From positions 203,856,001 to 203,920,000 of the forward strand of contig JBITNC010000001.1 in NCBI GenBank assembly GCA_050084985.1: a stretch of DNA of 64,000 nt. Reading direction: 5' to 3'. The notes under the pieces are model-generated. The model had not been told where the DNA came from. It ran no database searches and saw nothing but the letters and a program-made list of their open reading frames with translations. Origin of the DNA: Nageia nagi. Taxonomy: Eukaryota > Plantae > Pinophyta. Positions within the stretch are counted from its first letter, which is position 1; every line of letters starts with the position of its first letter. Position numbers and translations under genes: made by a program. Below are positions 40,777 through 53,879 of the stretch, piece after piece.

Positions 40777-41062
40777 AGATAGATTACTAATTTATGTGAC
40801 CAAAGATAGATTACTAATTTATGTGACCAACTTGGATTCCCAAACCATCATGTTGCCATGGATTACGATAAGGTTGTCCCTTCGTTACAAAGAAACAAAT
40901 GATAATAATGCCCCTCCCTTACAGAGAAACAAATGACAAGATTGACCCTCCCTTACATATGAACAAATGATAAGAATGTGATCGACTTGGACCTTCAAGC
41001 CACCATGTTTCCATGGGTTTTAATAAGCATACCCCTCCCTTACAAAGAATCCAATGATAAGA
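40777..41062. repeat. Cluster of short direct repeats
   Basis: agatagattactaatttatgtgaccaa x2; ccctcccttaca.agaa.caaatga x4; cttgga...cca.catgtt.ccatgg x2. Confidence 0.8.
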
Positions 41063-41629
41063 GCAATAACATGAAATGAAATGCATTATAACATATGATA
41101 AGTATTATTTAACAAATAAGAGTAGTTTTATAATAGGTGTATGATAAAAAATATGTGATAAGCAAATGTTGTGTAGAACATCTTTAGATTTTTTTAAGCT
41201 AGTCATGACAAAATATGATATGTTAAGGTATGTATTAGTACCATACATATGTATTGATAAGTACTCAATTAAAACCATAGCCATGATACATGATATAGAA
41301 ACATACTTCGATGCATTGTACAAGCATGGACAAATATCATTTGAGCAACAATTATAGGCATGCATGACATAAAAATCAATGTAATTGCAAAATATATGAG
41401 AATTAACATATATGATAAGTAAGATAAGATACATTATGACATTCAATACATGATATATTTCTAATATTTTCTAAAAACAAAGATATGAATGCTATGAAAA
41501 TACCAAGTAGAAACAACAACATGAAGTAAATTTACATGAAATGTGTAACAAGTTATGAGAAGAAATATAACTAAAGAAATTAGACACATTTTTCGTAAGC
41601 TTACCATTACTGATGAGTATTCATGTTAA

Positions 41630-42245
41630 TGTAGATGCCTAAAAATGAATTATTACTTATTAAATAATTCATTTTAAAGCATTAAGGGATGTATATTGTA
41701 AAGAGGGTTAAAAATATACCCAAAACAATGTAATGGACCATCATGTAATGTAAGAGGTGTCAAATATCAAAAGAGAGACCTTAAACAATGAAAAAAGAAA
41801 TGATCCCAAGAATCAAAGAGGATCACAACATTACGATAAAATAATATCAAAGGAAACATAATATCATTATGACAAGGGATGAGAAGAAAGATATTAGAAC
41901 ATGCAATATCATTTTACTCAACCAACAACGATGTTTTGTAACACCACCTTTGCATAGATCTGTTAAACCATTCATCTTTTTTTTGCGCATCTTTATTTCT
42001 GTTCATAGATCTAAGTCTTTTATGTAGCTAACAATGTGCTCTTAGGCTATTGGCGGTGTTGGTTTCTTATGGTATGTTATGGCGATTGATGTATGATCTC
42101 TACTATTTCATTTGGATGCAATCTAGGCGAAGTTACATTGTTTATCATGTTCGTTTGATGCCATATTTTCGACATATGCTTCAATAATTATATCATAGAT
42201 AAATAGTGCATCGATTTATTATTTATGCATTATTTTTAGTCTACA
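41630..42245. mobile_element. Solo LTR, 616 bp
   Basis: TGTAGA...TCTACA inverted termini; TSD GTTAA (41625-41629 / 42246-42250). Confidence 0.85.
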
Positions 42246-42843
42246 GTTAAAACGAATAATTTTTTTTAATCTTTTTAATCCAATGGCGTTGCTAGGATAG
42301 GGTATGATTATTTAGGAAATAAAAGGTTCTGAATATCTCTATTACACTAATAAACTAGAAATGTTACGAATTTTGGTTGGTATATTTATTGATTACAAAA
42401 TTTGATTATCATTTTGCTTAAATCAAGACAAACTTGCCCCAATGAAGATTTTAGTAAATTTTTTACTTTTTGATTTGTGATGTTACCAATTTAATTTCAT
42501 GCAGACTAGATTAGGATAAAGGGGAAAAGAGAACCTTGAAATAGGGAGATGGAAGCAAGTGGTATTGTGCAAATCCTAGTGACATCACTTGTTTCAGGTG
42601 AGCTAAAGGGGACAAAAAATCAGTCACGATTGACTATAGGTAAGATTTTTGATGAAAAAAGAGATTTTGGGAAAAATATGGACTAAGTGATTTAAGTTTA
42701 TTTATAAATACATCATTCTCTATTTCATTTGCATCATCACATTTGGCAATCAAGATCTCTAGTTTCCAGGTTTATTGTTGCTATTTTTGAGTATTGTGGG
42801 ATAGCGAAGGAGCTATAGGGAGAGGGAAGTGTGGATTGCTACC

Positions 42844-43990
42844 ATGTCTCAATGGATTACTTCTCGTGAGGGTCATAGGGCTCTTATTTGTCCTTCCCAC
42901 AAGGGTCATCAAGTACAAGTAATTTCTCTATATTCTTTCATTTGACATGCATTTGAACATTTTTTAAGGATTGATTTTTCAGTTTGGCTTAGTTTTGATC
43001 TATTTAGCGAATTATCGAAAAATTTAGGATAAAAATGTAAAATCTAGTTTTTGTTTGCATGGAGTGGAATAGACATGAATTTTATCCTAAAACTTGAGAA
43101 AAAGTTGATGGGTTTAGAAAATTTTAGGAAACTTGGGCCTTTAACTCGACGATGATGTTATGATCATGGCATCATTGTTGGGATGAAAATATCACAAAAA
43201 GACATTAATTATTGATTATATAAATCTAGATGCACACTAGAACTTAAATTTTTGATAATTACCTTTAGTTTCATAAGTTATTTCAAAAAATGTTAGATAT
43301 TTAGATCTTTTAATTTCGTAATTTGTATTTATTATTTTCTTATTTATGGATTGATATTTTCCTTATTTTTATTGATTTAGGACCGTGTATACCTCATGAG
43401 GTGCAAGCCATGGAGTCCCTCCATGGATGTTACCTTAGATTTAGTACTTACAACTAAGGAGAGGGAATGTTTGGATGCATTCGGGCTAGGTCACATGAGA
43501 GGTGTTGTTCTCATCCCATGTGGCAAGTACTTCTTGATCACATTGATGGAGTGTTGGTGTGATGACATCAACATATTTCATCTACCTATGGATGAGATTA
43601 CCATCACCATTGCTAATATTCACCACATTTTATAGGCACCTATGAAGGGTATGTTGATCGAGAGAGCCACTCTCTCTATTCAAGATATGGAGCAGTGTTA
43701 CTGAACAACAGGTATGAGGGACTACCAGCAACATAAGAAAGGGGCTCCCCTTCATGAAACACTATATGTGCCCCTAGAGGACATATATAACACATAGTGG
43801 TTCCAGCTATATGTTGTGACTCTTATCGATACCATCTTATGTAGTGATAAGAACCATGAGTTTTTCAGATCAAGTTGATTCCTATAGTGTAAGGGATATG
43901 TCTAAGGGGAGAGAGGTATGCATGGGCTCCATGTATCTTAGTTGTACTATATCAATATATTCACACCTTTGTTAGTGTGAAGAAGTGAAG
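42844..43990 (+). pseudogene. Plant mobile domain (PMD, aminotransferase-like; MAIN/MAIL-related) gene with an intron, decayed
   Basis: Exon 42844-42918 then GT; AG then 43381 in frame; motifs 'LMECW..DINIFHLP.DEITITI..IHHIL', 'YVVTLIDTILCSDK', 'YAWAPCILVVLYQ'. Confidence 0.8.
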
Positions 43991-44289
43991 AAGGGCGGAA
44001 AGATTATCATTCATTCATTTATTATATAGACCTAAGCATACATATCAACGTAGCTTCGACAAAGATGCCCCATTGGTTATGATGGAACACCACTCATAGG
44101 ATTGGGGTGTGCAAGGAGTAGAGTAGTATTGTCAACTTCTTGACCTTTTGGATGAGGATGATATTATTTAGGATCCATACTTTTCACTTTTCTAAGCCAC
44201 AAAGCTTGTGCACTTGTTGATGTTAGTGCAATATATTCAGCTTTTGTAGAAGATAATGTAACTATGGCTTGCTTCGTGTAACTCCATGT

Positions 44290-47200
44290 ATTCAATCCTG
44301 ATCCTAAGGAGAAGCATTATCCACTCATGTACTTTTTTTCATCTATGTTACTTACCTAATCACTATCATTGAAATCCACTAGCTTCAACTTATCTTCCTG
44401 GTTGTATTGGATTCCATAATGAATGGTGCCTCTCACATATCTTAGTATCTTTTTTTTATCTTTAGATGCAATTGTGATAGATCTACCATGTACCTGGAAC
44501 ACTGAGAAACAACAAAATAAATATAGGGCCTAATGTTACACAAAAATATCAAGCAACCCACTATACTCCTATACTTCATTTTGTTTGCTTTCTCTGCTCC
44601 ATCATATAGACTCAACACTTATCCACATGCAATTGAAGTTGCTATAGGTTTGCTCTCTTTCAACCCAAATCTTTTCAACATATCTTTAGCATATTTTGAT
44701 TGACACACAAATATTTCATTGCTAGACTGATGTACCTCCATTACTAGGAAATAACTCATTAAGCATAAATCACTCATAACAAATTATTTCTTCATATCCT
44801 CCTTAAATGTATCAATCAAATTTGAACTACTTCCCATAAAAAGCATATCATCGATATAAAAATAAATAATCAAAGTATTGTTACCTTGCCTCTTGTAATA
44901 CATAGTAGGTTTGCTTTTGCTCCGCTAAAACCACACTATAAGAAATAGTCATGTATTCTAGAATACCAAGCTCTTGGGGCCTGATTCAACCTATATAGAG
45001 CTTTTCTCAACTTGTAGATTTTATCTTCTTTTTCTAGGAAAATAAATCCCTATGGCTGTTCCACATAAACATCCTCATCTAAATATCCATTTAGGAAGGT
45101 ACTTTTAATGTCCATATGAAGGAATTTCCACTGCTTGTGTGCTGTTAATGATAGCTACATTCGAACTATCTCCTACTTTGCCATTGGAGAAAAGGTTTTC
45201 TCATAGTCCAACCCATAATTTTGAGTGAAGTCTTTTGCAACCAAACGTGCCTTATACCTCTCAATTGACCCATCACTATTTTTTATTTATTTTGTAGACC
45301 CATTTATAGCCTACAACCTTCCTATCCTTGGGTAAATCCATAAACTCCTAAGTATTATTCTTCTCAATGCTAACCATCTCTTTTTGCATTGCCTTCAACC
45401 AAACTTTATTAGTACATGCTTTTCAAAATTTGAAGGGTTTATGGCATCTACAAGAAGTTTTGAAGCATTATTAACTATAGAAATCAATGCATGATTGATA
45501 ACATTACCTTTACCTAACCACTATCATCATATCAATACAGATGCAACTTCTCCAACCTCTCAATCATAGAGTTCAACTTTTTAGTTGCACTTCTGGTCAA
45601 TATCTTACTGAAATTTTTATCGAGCATTAGATCCTTAGGGTGGTCCTTCAACAACCCTTTTCCTTTACCTTTTTTTGATGGTGATGGTGGAGACTCATTA
45701 GTACTACTTTCCATACTTACATAAGAGCTTGAATAATATGTACTCCCCCTTTGTACCTAGTTAGGATGTAATGAAACACTTCCTATTTCTACCTTCTCCT
45801 TACGAAAACCATCACCAAAAACATCATCTATAGATAATTTTTTAAAATTAGACCTTCGATTCCCTTCTTCATCAAAATTACATCTCTAGACGTAATAATT
45901 CTATGAGTAATAGGATTATAAAATTTGTAAGCTTTGGGAAGCTCACTGTAGCCAATAAATTCACACTTATCATATTTTGCATCTAATTTTCTTCTATTCT
46001 CATCATTTATGTGGATAAAAGCCACGCATCTTAACACCTTAAAATGATTGACATTAGGCTTTGTATCATACCAATACTTATAAGCGGTTACATTATCTAA
46101 ACTTCTAGAAGGAGATCTATTCAAAATATAATTTGTTGTATGAATAGCTACAACGTAATAAAACTTCACCATACCTTTCTCCTACATCATACATTGAGCC
46201 ATCCCCACTAATGTTTTATTTTTCCTCTTGGCCACTCCATTCTTCTATGGAGTGTAGGGACTAGTCAACTGCCTCTTTATCCCATACTCACAACAAAAAT
46301 TTTCAAACTCATTTGAACACTATTCACCACCCTTGTCAATCCTCAAGCATTTAATATATGCACCACACTCATTCTCTACTAGGGCCTTAAACCTTTTAAA
46401 CTAGGAAAATGCTTCATTCTTGATTTTAATAAAAAAGACCCAACAATATCTAAAGTAATCATCTATGAAGGTAATAAAGTATGAGGCTTTACCCATACTT
46501 TGCATCCACATCAGACCACAAATATTGCTATGTACTAGTTGTAATGGATATTTGGCCCTCCTAGCTTCACCATACAAGAACTTTTGTTTGGCATGTTTCC
46601 CTACATAACAACCCTCACAAATCTCCTTGGAGACTTCAACTCTCGACAAACAATAAACAAGCAATGAAAGCATAATCAAAGTCTTATAATTTAGGTGTAC
46701 AAACCTTAAATGCCACAACCTCTCCTTACCTTCTACTCTAGAAAATGCCATCTCTCCCCCTCGATCAAAAAATTGTAGAGAGAAGAGTTTGTTCTTAAAC
46801 ATCTTGATAGTGGTTAGTAACTTCTTTTATCAAAAATCTTACATATCCTATCTTCAAAAATAATCTTATAATCCTTCTCTAACATCTGACCTATGGTCAT
46901 AGAAGAATATTTTGTATGAGGTGCATAATAAATATCTTTTACTTTTATCTTGTCTTTCCTAGTAGGAACCTCCATCTTGCCTTTTGCTACAACCTCTAGA
47001 CTCTTCATATCTCCCAATTTGATACTAGATTGGTAGAAAGAATTGATCACAAAGAAAACATCTTTTCTTCCAATCATATGGTTTGTTCACCAACTATCCA
47101 TGATCCATTTCATCGAATAACTTTTTGAAGAGAGGATAGTTTGATCTATTGTAGGTTCTTCAATCATACAAAATAGGATATCTTCCTTATACCCATAATC

Positions 47201-47492
47201 TTTCTCACCATAATGAGCTAACTTCTTCAATCGGTAATCTCTTTTGTAATGCCCATATTTGTTATAATGATAACATTGTACATTTCTCATATCATGACCT
47301 CCTCTTCCTCTTTTTCTTACATTAGATCCTCCTCTTGCTACATGAGATCATTGAAAATCTTCATCCTAAGATTGAGATCTTCCTTGACCTCTACCTCCTC
47401 TTTGGCCTCCTCTACAATTGCAACCTCTACCTCTAGAGCCACAACCACCATGACCTCATCTAGATCTCTCATGTCCTTTTATAGAAAATGAT
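44290..47492 (-). mobile_element. Ty1/copia remnant (gag zinc knuckle, protease, GAG-pre-integrase, IN, RT, start of RH); LTRs not found
   Basis: 'VQCYHYNKYGHYKRDY','WIMDS','LWHLRF.HLN','LVHSNICG','YFITFIDDY.RYCWV','YILNRSP','RRKLDAK..KC.FIGYS'. Confidence 0.92.
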
Positions 47493-48793
47493 TGTGATGA
47501 GCTGAACTAAGGATCACTCCTCAAATGTGTCCTAAGATATGAATGTATGGCTTAAAGATTTGAAATTCGCCAAATAATCTTAGAAATGCACAAATATTCC
47601 AATGAATAGATAGAAATACTAAATATGATTTTGAACTTGCAAAAATGCCTCCAAATCCTAATGTCTAACTATGATGAGAAAAACACAATATTTGAGCATA
47701 CAATACTTCCAATAATCCAATGTTGCAAATAAGGAGTAAAAACATAAATTAAACAACACAACAACCACCCTAAGTCCAACTTCCAAGCATAAGAAGATAA
47801 TTACAGTAAAATGATTGCAAATATATAATTGTATTGATATAACAATGGTGGAAGCACAATTACAGTATTTTTGTCTACCTAAGGACCTTGTATTAAGATT
47901 ACCTCCAATAGGGTTATGTTTTATGGCTCCATGGCTCACCAATTGCATCAACAGTGATGCGTAGTCCATGACTTCTTTTGTAGCTTCTATAATGGAACCA
48001 ATAATGTTCCTCTCAAGATGGTTGGAGTAAGTATGAGGTTAACCTCCTCTCACCTCAATACCTCACTGATAGATTTCTCACACTCAATATGAAAAAAAAA
48101 GAGTTTAATAACAATTATCAACATATCTTATAATGACTAAGAGTCCCTCCTTTTATAGGCAAGGGTGATCATCTTCTAATCTTGCATTGAGATGATCTAA
48201 CAGTGGAGAGATGTGATTTGTGTGCTTATGGATGCAACATCCAATATGGGGAGCCTTGGGATGAATGTAATCACATATAAGGGCTAAGAATGCCAATGTG
48301 CAAGAGAGGGTGATGTTGGAGTGCCTTGGGATAGGTGTCATGCATCCATGTACCAAGAAGGGCTAATGTGAGGTCTTTGGATGCACACATGCCCAACGTT
48401 CATCCATGGGAGTCATCCATTACCTCGAGATTTCTAAAACTTTGCTTGAAATTCCATGTCCAACCTTGGAGCTTGAAATGATCTTGTAGTTAGTGCAATC
48501 ACCTAGGGGGATGCTTTACCTCGAAGAGAGGAGCACTAATGACTAGAGATACATTAAATACCAATATTACAATTGTCAAGTATAAATTATGCAATGCCTC
48601 TTTTAAGGAGACTAATATTGTATTTACAAATATAATATCTTGGTATTACAAATACATCATTATTGGTATTTTAGTAATTAACTAAATACAAATATATAAA
48701 GAAATAAAAGGAAAATTTATTCCATAATTGGAGCTTTGGTAAATCTCTAGGAGGAATTTACATCATTTTGGCCAAATCCTACAAAATTAGACA
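47493..48793 (-). mobile_element. Third family B LTR, truncated at one end
   Basis: Collinear with 27399-28700 and 38704-40060 (tgtgatgag.tgaacta.gg...aatttacatcattttgg). Confidence 0.9.
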
Positions 48794-48797
48794 TGTG

Positions 48798-51578
48798 ATG
48801 AGGGAGGAAGGCAAGTTCTTCTACTGCAAGAAGACTTGGGAGGCAGGGAACCATTACCAAGACAAGGGGCAGTGCATTACATTGAGGTATTTTCTAATGA
48901 GAAGATAGATGATTCAAACTTGAACCTTGTTATGGAAATGCTAGATTGAGAGGCACCTAAGGCAAAAGTTTGATTAGAGATCATGATCACTTCACTCCAT
49001 GGGGTAAAGAAGTAACTAACATTGAAGGTGGTAGGGAAAGTAGGTGGTTAGGATGTGATGGTCCTGATTGATCCTGGAACATCTCACAAATTCATTAATA
49101 AAGATTTTGTAGAGAAGAAAAACTTGAAGATCAAGGGATATGAAGGGTTTAGAGTTTCCAATGCTAATGAGAAACTCACCTTGGTGGACCAAATCATTGA
49201 GAGGTTTGAGGTGAGACTACAAAGCTACAAAGTGGAGGAGAATTTCTATGTCTACCCTTTGAAGGAAAATCCTCACATCATTATGGGTGTTAGTGGCATA
49301 CACACCAACTATCAAAAACTCACCATGAGTTTTAAAATTGATGGAAAATCCATACATTGCAGGGGATTCGAGATGATTTCCCACATGTGGACAACAAAAG
49401 GTTAGAGGTGATTAAGTGGTGCTAGAAGAAGGTATAAGAGGATGAGGCCATGTTAGATATGGAGGGTCTTAGCATGATGCAAGGAGTGATAAGGAGATCC
49501 CATACCCCACTTTGTACATCAAGGAGCTTGGACATATGATGGGGATCTTAGAAGGCCTTCTACATATCATGTTGGATCTTGGGGAGGCTAGATACTACAC
49601 ATTAATATTGGAGGGCCTCTTGCACCTCACATTAGGCCTTGAGAAGATCTACTACCTGAAGTTGGACTTGAGGGAGCTTCACCCCTCACATGGGATATTA
49701 AGGATACTTGGAGCTAAATTTTTTCCTTGGAAGGGCTCTTGCACCCCATGTTGGGCACCTCATGTTGGGATTGATGAGGCTTAGGTACCCAATGATTGGC
49801 TTGATGGAGTGTTGGCATCCCACCTTGGACCTGGGAGGGTTTGGGAATCTGACATTGGGCTGAAAGATATCTTAGCACTCCATGTTGGATGTCAAGGAGG
49901 ATTTGGACTCCATTTTGGAAACTAATAGAGCTTGGGAACCCATGTTGATCTTGGAAAATGATTGACCTTAGCTATGGAGCAAAGGCTCCATCTATTTTCA
50001 CTCACACATGATTTACTTGAGGCTTTTATAAGTACACTCTCCAAGAGGCTTTTATATGCATATGCCCCCATATTTTGTAAGGATAATGGCACCAAAATTC
50101 TTGTAGGAATTTTGGCACTTGATGAGGGGTAGCAATAGCATGTCATAATTTTTTCATGGATTATTGATATATGAGGATGCAACTTCAATGTTTCACATAG
50201 GAACTTCACTATGGAGAAGATATATTAAAATTGCATTCCACTTTGATAGTTTGTAATAAAAAAGGTTAAAGGATTCTTGGAAGATAATATACTGCAATAT
50301 TATACCATTACTTAAGGGCAAGCAATTAGAGAGGGGAGGCTTTGTGACATCCCCCTTTGATTATTATACTTAATTTTGGAATCCAACAGATTCCCTCTTT
50401 ATATCATATTTAATTATTAATTATGTTTATTAGTTAGGATTTGGAATAGAAGACTTAATGGGTCGTTGGACCCCACTATGAACCCCAAGTGGGATGTCTC
50501 CCTCCCAAGTGTACTTTAAAGTATCTTAATATACTTAGGAGATCCCAAAACATGATTATGGAAATCCCAAGGTCTATTTAGCACTTAGAGCATGGATGAG
50601 CACTTGTACATATGAACCAACCTTGGGGAGACCTCTAGACATCTATGTTGGTCCATGACACCCATATTTACCCCTAGATGCCCACAAATGCCTCCTTGAA
50701 CTATGCATGCATCCCTAAGCCCATGTTGAGCTTGAGGATCCACATGGAGCATGAGGGAGGCCCAAATACCCACATTGAGCTTGAGGACCAACTTGAAGTG
50801 TGAGGGAGGCCCAAATACCCATATTGGACCTAGAATGACTCCTAGGTGCTATCATTGGGGTTTGAGGGGATTGGGTGATGATTTTGAGTTGAGATCTAGT
50901 TCCAAAAAAAACTATATTAGCTCTTGGAGCCTTATCGCTAGATATATTGAATTATCATTATTACTCATACCGTCAAGAGGAGAGAAGTCTTGGAAACATG
51001 TCAAGAAACATCCTTAGGTGCAACATCTAGGAGGGTTGAGAAGCTAAGGGATCTTGTTAATCTATGGATTTGGTGTAGCACCCTAGCACATCTAGTAGTA
51101 TTCTAAGATCATGTTTCTACCATTCAGTTGGTCACCAGGGTTTGATGAGGGCTCCTTCGATGTAAAGGATTTAAATGCTAAGGGAGTGAGGCTTTCCCAT
51201 CTAGCGTTACATTCATACAATGGTAGAGACATTCATTGTGCCCTAGTTCACTCCTTGGAGGCCAATGTTGACCCCTTGGGACTTGGTATTGTATTTGTAT
51301 TCATTTTATATCTTCAATACAAGTCTTTGGCTATTGGATCTCATATTTGTGTTGTGAATACTTATATATTCCCATCATTGGATTATGTTTGCATGTATAT
51401 GTTTGTTTTAGCCATACATTGGCATTGTGAGATGTTGTATATTGATATGTGCTAGTCTTGACTAGGAATTGGCATTATTGCATTATTTGAGCTTTATCTA
51501 GATGCCGTAGGTCATACGTTGAGGTATACTTGTGTATTTTCTATTTAATTGCACTCAAATTGCATTTAGGATTTTACA
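48798..51578 (+). mobile_element. Second, 5'-truncated family A copy (gag end, protease, decapeptide array, C-terminal region, PPT, 3' LTR 50343-51578)
   Basis: 'VLIDPGTSHKFI..EGFRVSNAN.KLTLVDQI.ERF' is nearly identical to the 9316 ORF; repeat ORF 49512-49784; PPT AGAGAGGGGAGG before TGTGACAT; LTR is the reverse complement of 11091-12233. Confidence 0.92.
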
Positions 51579-53759
51579 AAATTACTAATTAGGGTAGGAG
51601 GATTATAAATATTTGTAAGAGGGGTAAAGAGAGAATATTGGAAAATCAATTATATTTTTGAGTTATAAGGAGGAACCTACGATTCGTATTGATATTAGTA
51701 AATTTATTATGTTCTATTATCTAGTTGTTAATTTGAGTATATTGTTCCAATTGCTTAACTTGATGCATTGCGAATTTATGGTTATTTCGTATCTCAGTAT
51801 TTCTTATGGTATTTAGGGTAAAAATTATTTTTGTAAATTTCTACTAGGTTTTTAATAGAGCATGAGTGCTAGAGAGAGGAATGTGTGCACTTCACATGGA
51901 GCATATATGCTTAGTGGCTAGATGTAGGGATATTTAGCTTACATACATTCTTTGCACAAAGTGTGGGCGCTAAAGTTGAGCATGGGTACAAAGGTTTAGG
52001 TGTGTGCACTTCTAGTGAAGCATGGGTGCTTTACTCTTGAGGACAATGATTAAAGATAAAATGGTAAAAATTGAACTTTGTAATGATTTGCAACATGATA
52101 TGATGACTCCTTGAGGTCGATTTAGCCCCAAGTTTTTTGAGTTATAAGAATATGTGACTTAGGAAAAGCAATACATTGTTACCATGATGGTATTTGTTTA
52201 GGTCCTTCAGGTGTATCAAGTGCAAATCAATGTTAGCGTATGGAGATGATGTTAACACTTGAGGATATCTACTAGATTTGGTGACTATCAATTGAGGGGG
52301 CACTAATTCATATGCAAATGGATATGTAGTTCTAGCTTTAGGATATTTCATGCCTGTATGGTACATAGGAGACACCATATATGATTGCAGATCTTGATCC
52401 ATGCTCAATATTTAGATGCTCTAGAGGCCTTTCGATTGATGAAATTTTTTTATGGTGATGATTATATCTTTTGCACTATTGGATTCCAGAGGTAGTCAAT
52501 TTCCATGGGGTCTCTACCATGTGTTGGTGGATATGATCCAATATTGGTGAGTCTTTACTTGGGGTGTTCTCCTGCATACCTATTTTTATTGGGAGATTAC
52601 TAATTTTTTTCATTCTTCTTAGTATGGGTTGTTTGAGTGTCACTCTCCAGATATGGTCTTATAAGCTTAATGCTTTGGATCGACCAGTTGGATTGCCTTA
52701 TGATATACATGGTTAATTCATTCCTTAGGCTGTGTATGCACTCAGATGGAGCTAGGATGATGAGGTGTATGGATTTGCTAGCTTTTATAGTGATAAGTGA
52801 TAATATGTTTATGCTTTCTAGATTCTTTGATATTCTAATATTGTTTGGAAGTAATACTAGGATGCCCCTTATGTTGATCCAATACCATTGCATCTTACAT
52901 GCATAATGTTTGTAGCTAGAGATGATGTAAGTACCACTTCTTCATTTGATTCCTAGTAGGAAATATAGCTAGGATACATAAGGGTGGTACAAAGATGAGT
53001 TGCTGGTGGTGCCTCTTCATAGGGTACTTAGATGGTAGCTCTTAGGACCTCAACATCAACATTAGGATAGGTTATTTAGGATTTAGATGATGAAGGAGGC
53101 GATGGAGGTGGAGATGGTGATGGTGATGACAATGATGGTGATGATCTTATGGGTGATTTAGATTTTTTGTTAAGTGATGGTAGCTAAAATTCATATGAAA
53201 ATGAGTTGGAAACTCTTGGCATAGAGTGTAATGCTTTGTGATAGATAGTTTTGACTAGGGATACTCAATTGGTAGCGATAGAGGTAAGGATCACCTTGAT
53301 GCAAATTGAGCTTATTCAACTTATGCATGTGATTAGTGTGTGTGTGTGTATATATATATATATGAGAGGGAGATGAGACATGATAGTAAGGGCAAGCTAG
53401 TAGTAGCAATATGAGTATAGTAGCATTGAGGTAGCAGATTACATAGTTATCATAAGAGACGGCCTATCATAGGTTTGCAGTTTTGAGAAAGGTGCATGAT
53501 TTTCTATTATACAGGTCTAGTAAGGGTGTGGATCCATCAAGGATGGTGGTTTCTTCTTGAGGAGGTAATATATCATGAGCTACCATAGGGACTAATGCTT
53601 AGTTTCCAGGTTAGGGTGATGGGCATGATGGAGGGCATGGTGGTTCATCAATGATGCATCATACTTATAGACCTCCCTCACCTCCTATTTGAGGAGTGTT
53701 TATTGTATCATATCCTATTTATGGAGATTGTATTATTTTGTTCAATACAGGTATTGTAC

Positions 53760-53879
<120 letters not shown>

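Noticed and set aside
47488-47492. ATGAT precedes both the 26967 and 47493 LTR starts, like a TSD
   Set aside because: Both lie on the same side of unrelated LTRs, so they cannot be a TSD pair; likely chance in AT-rich DNA.
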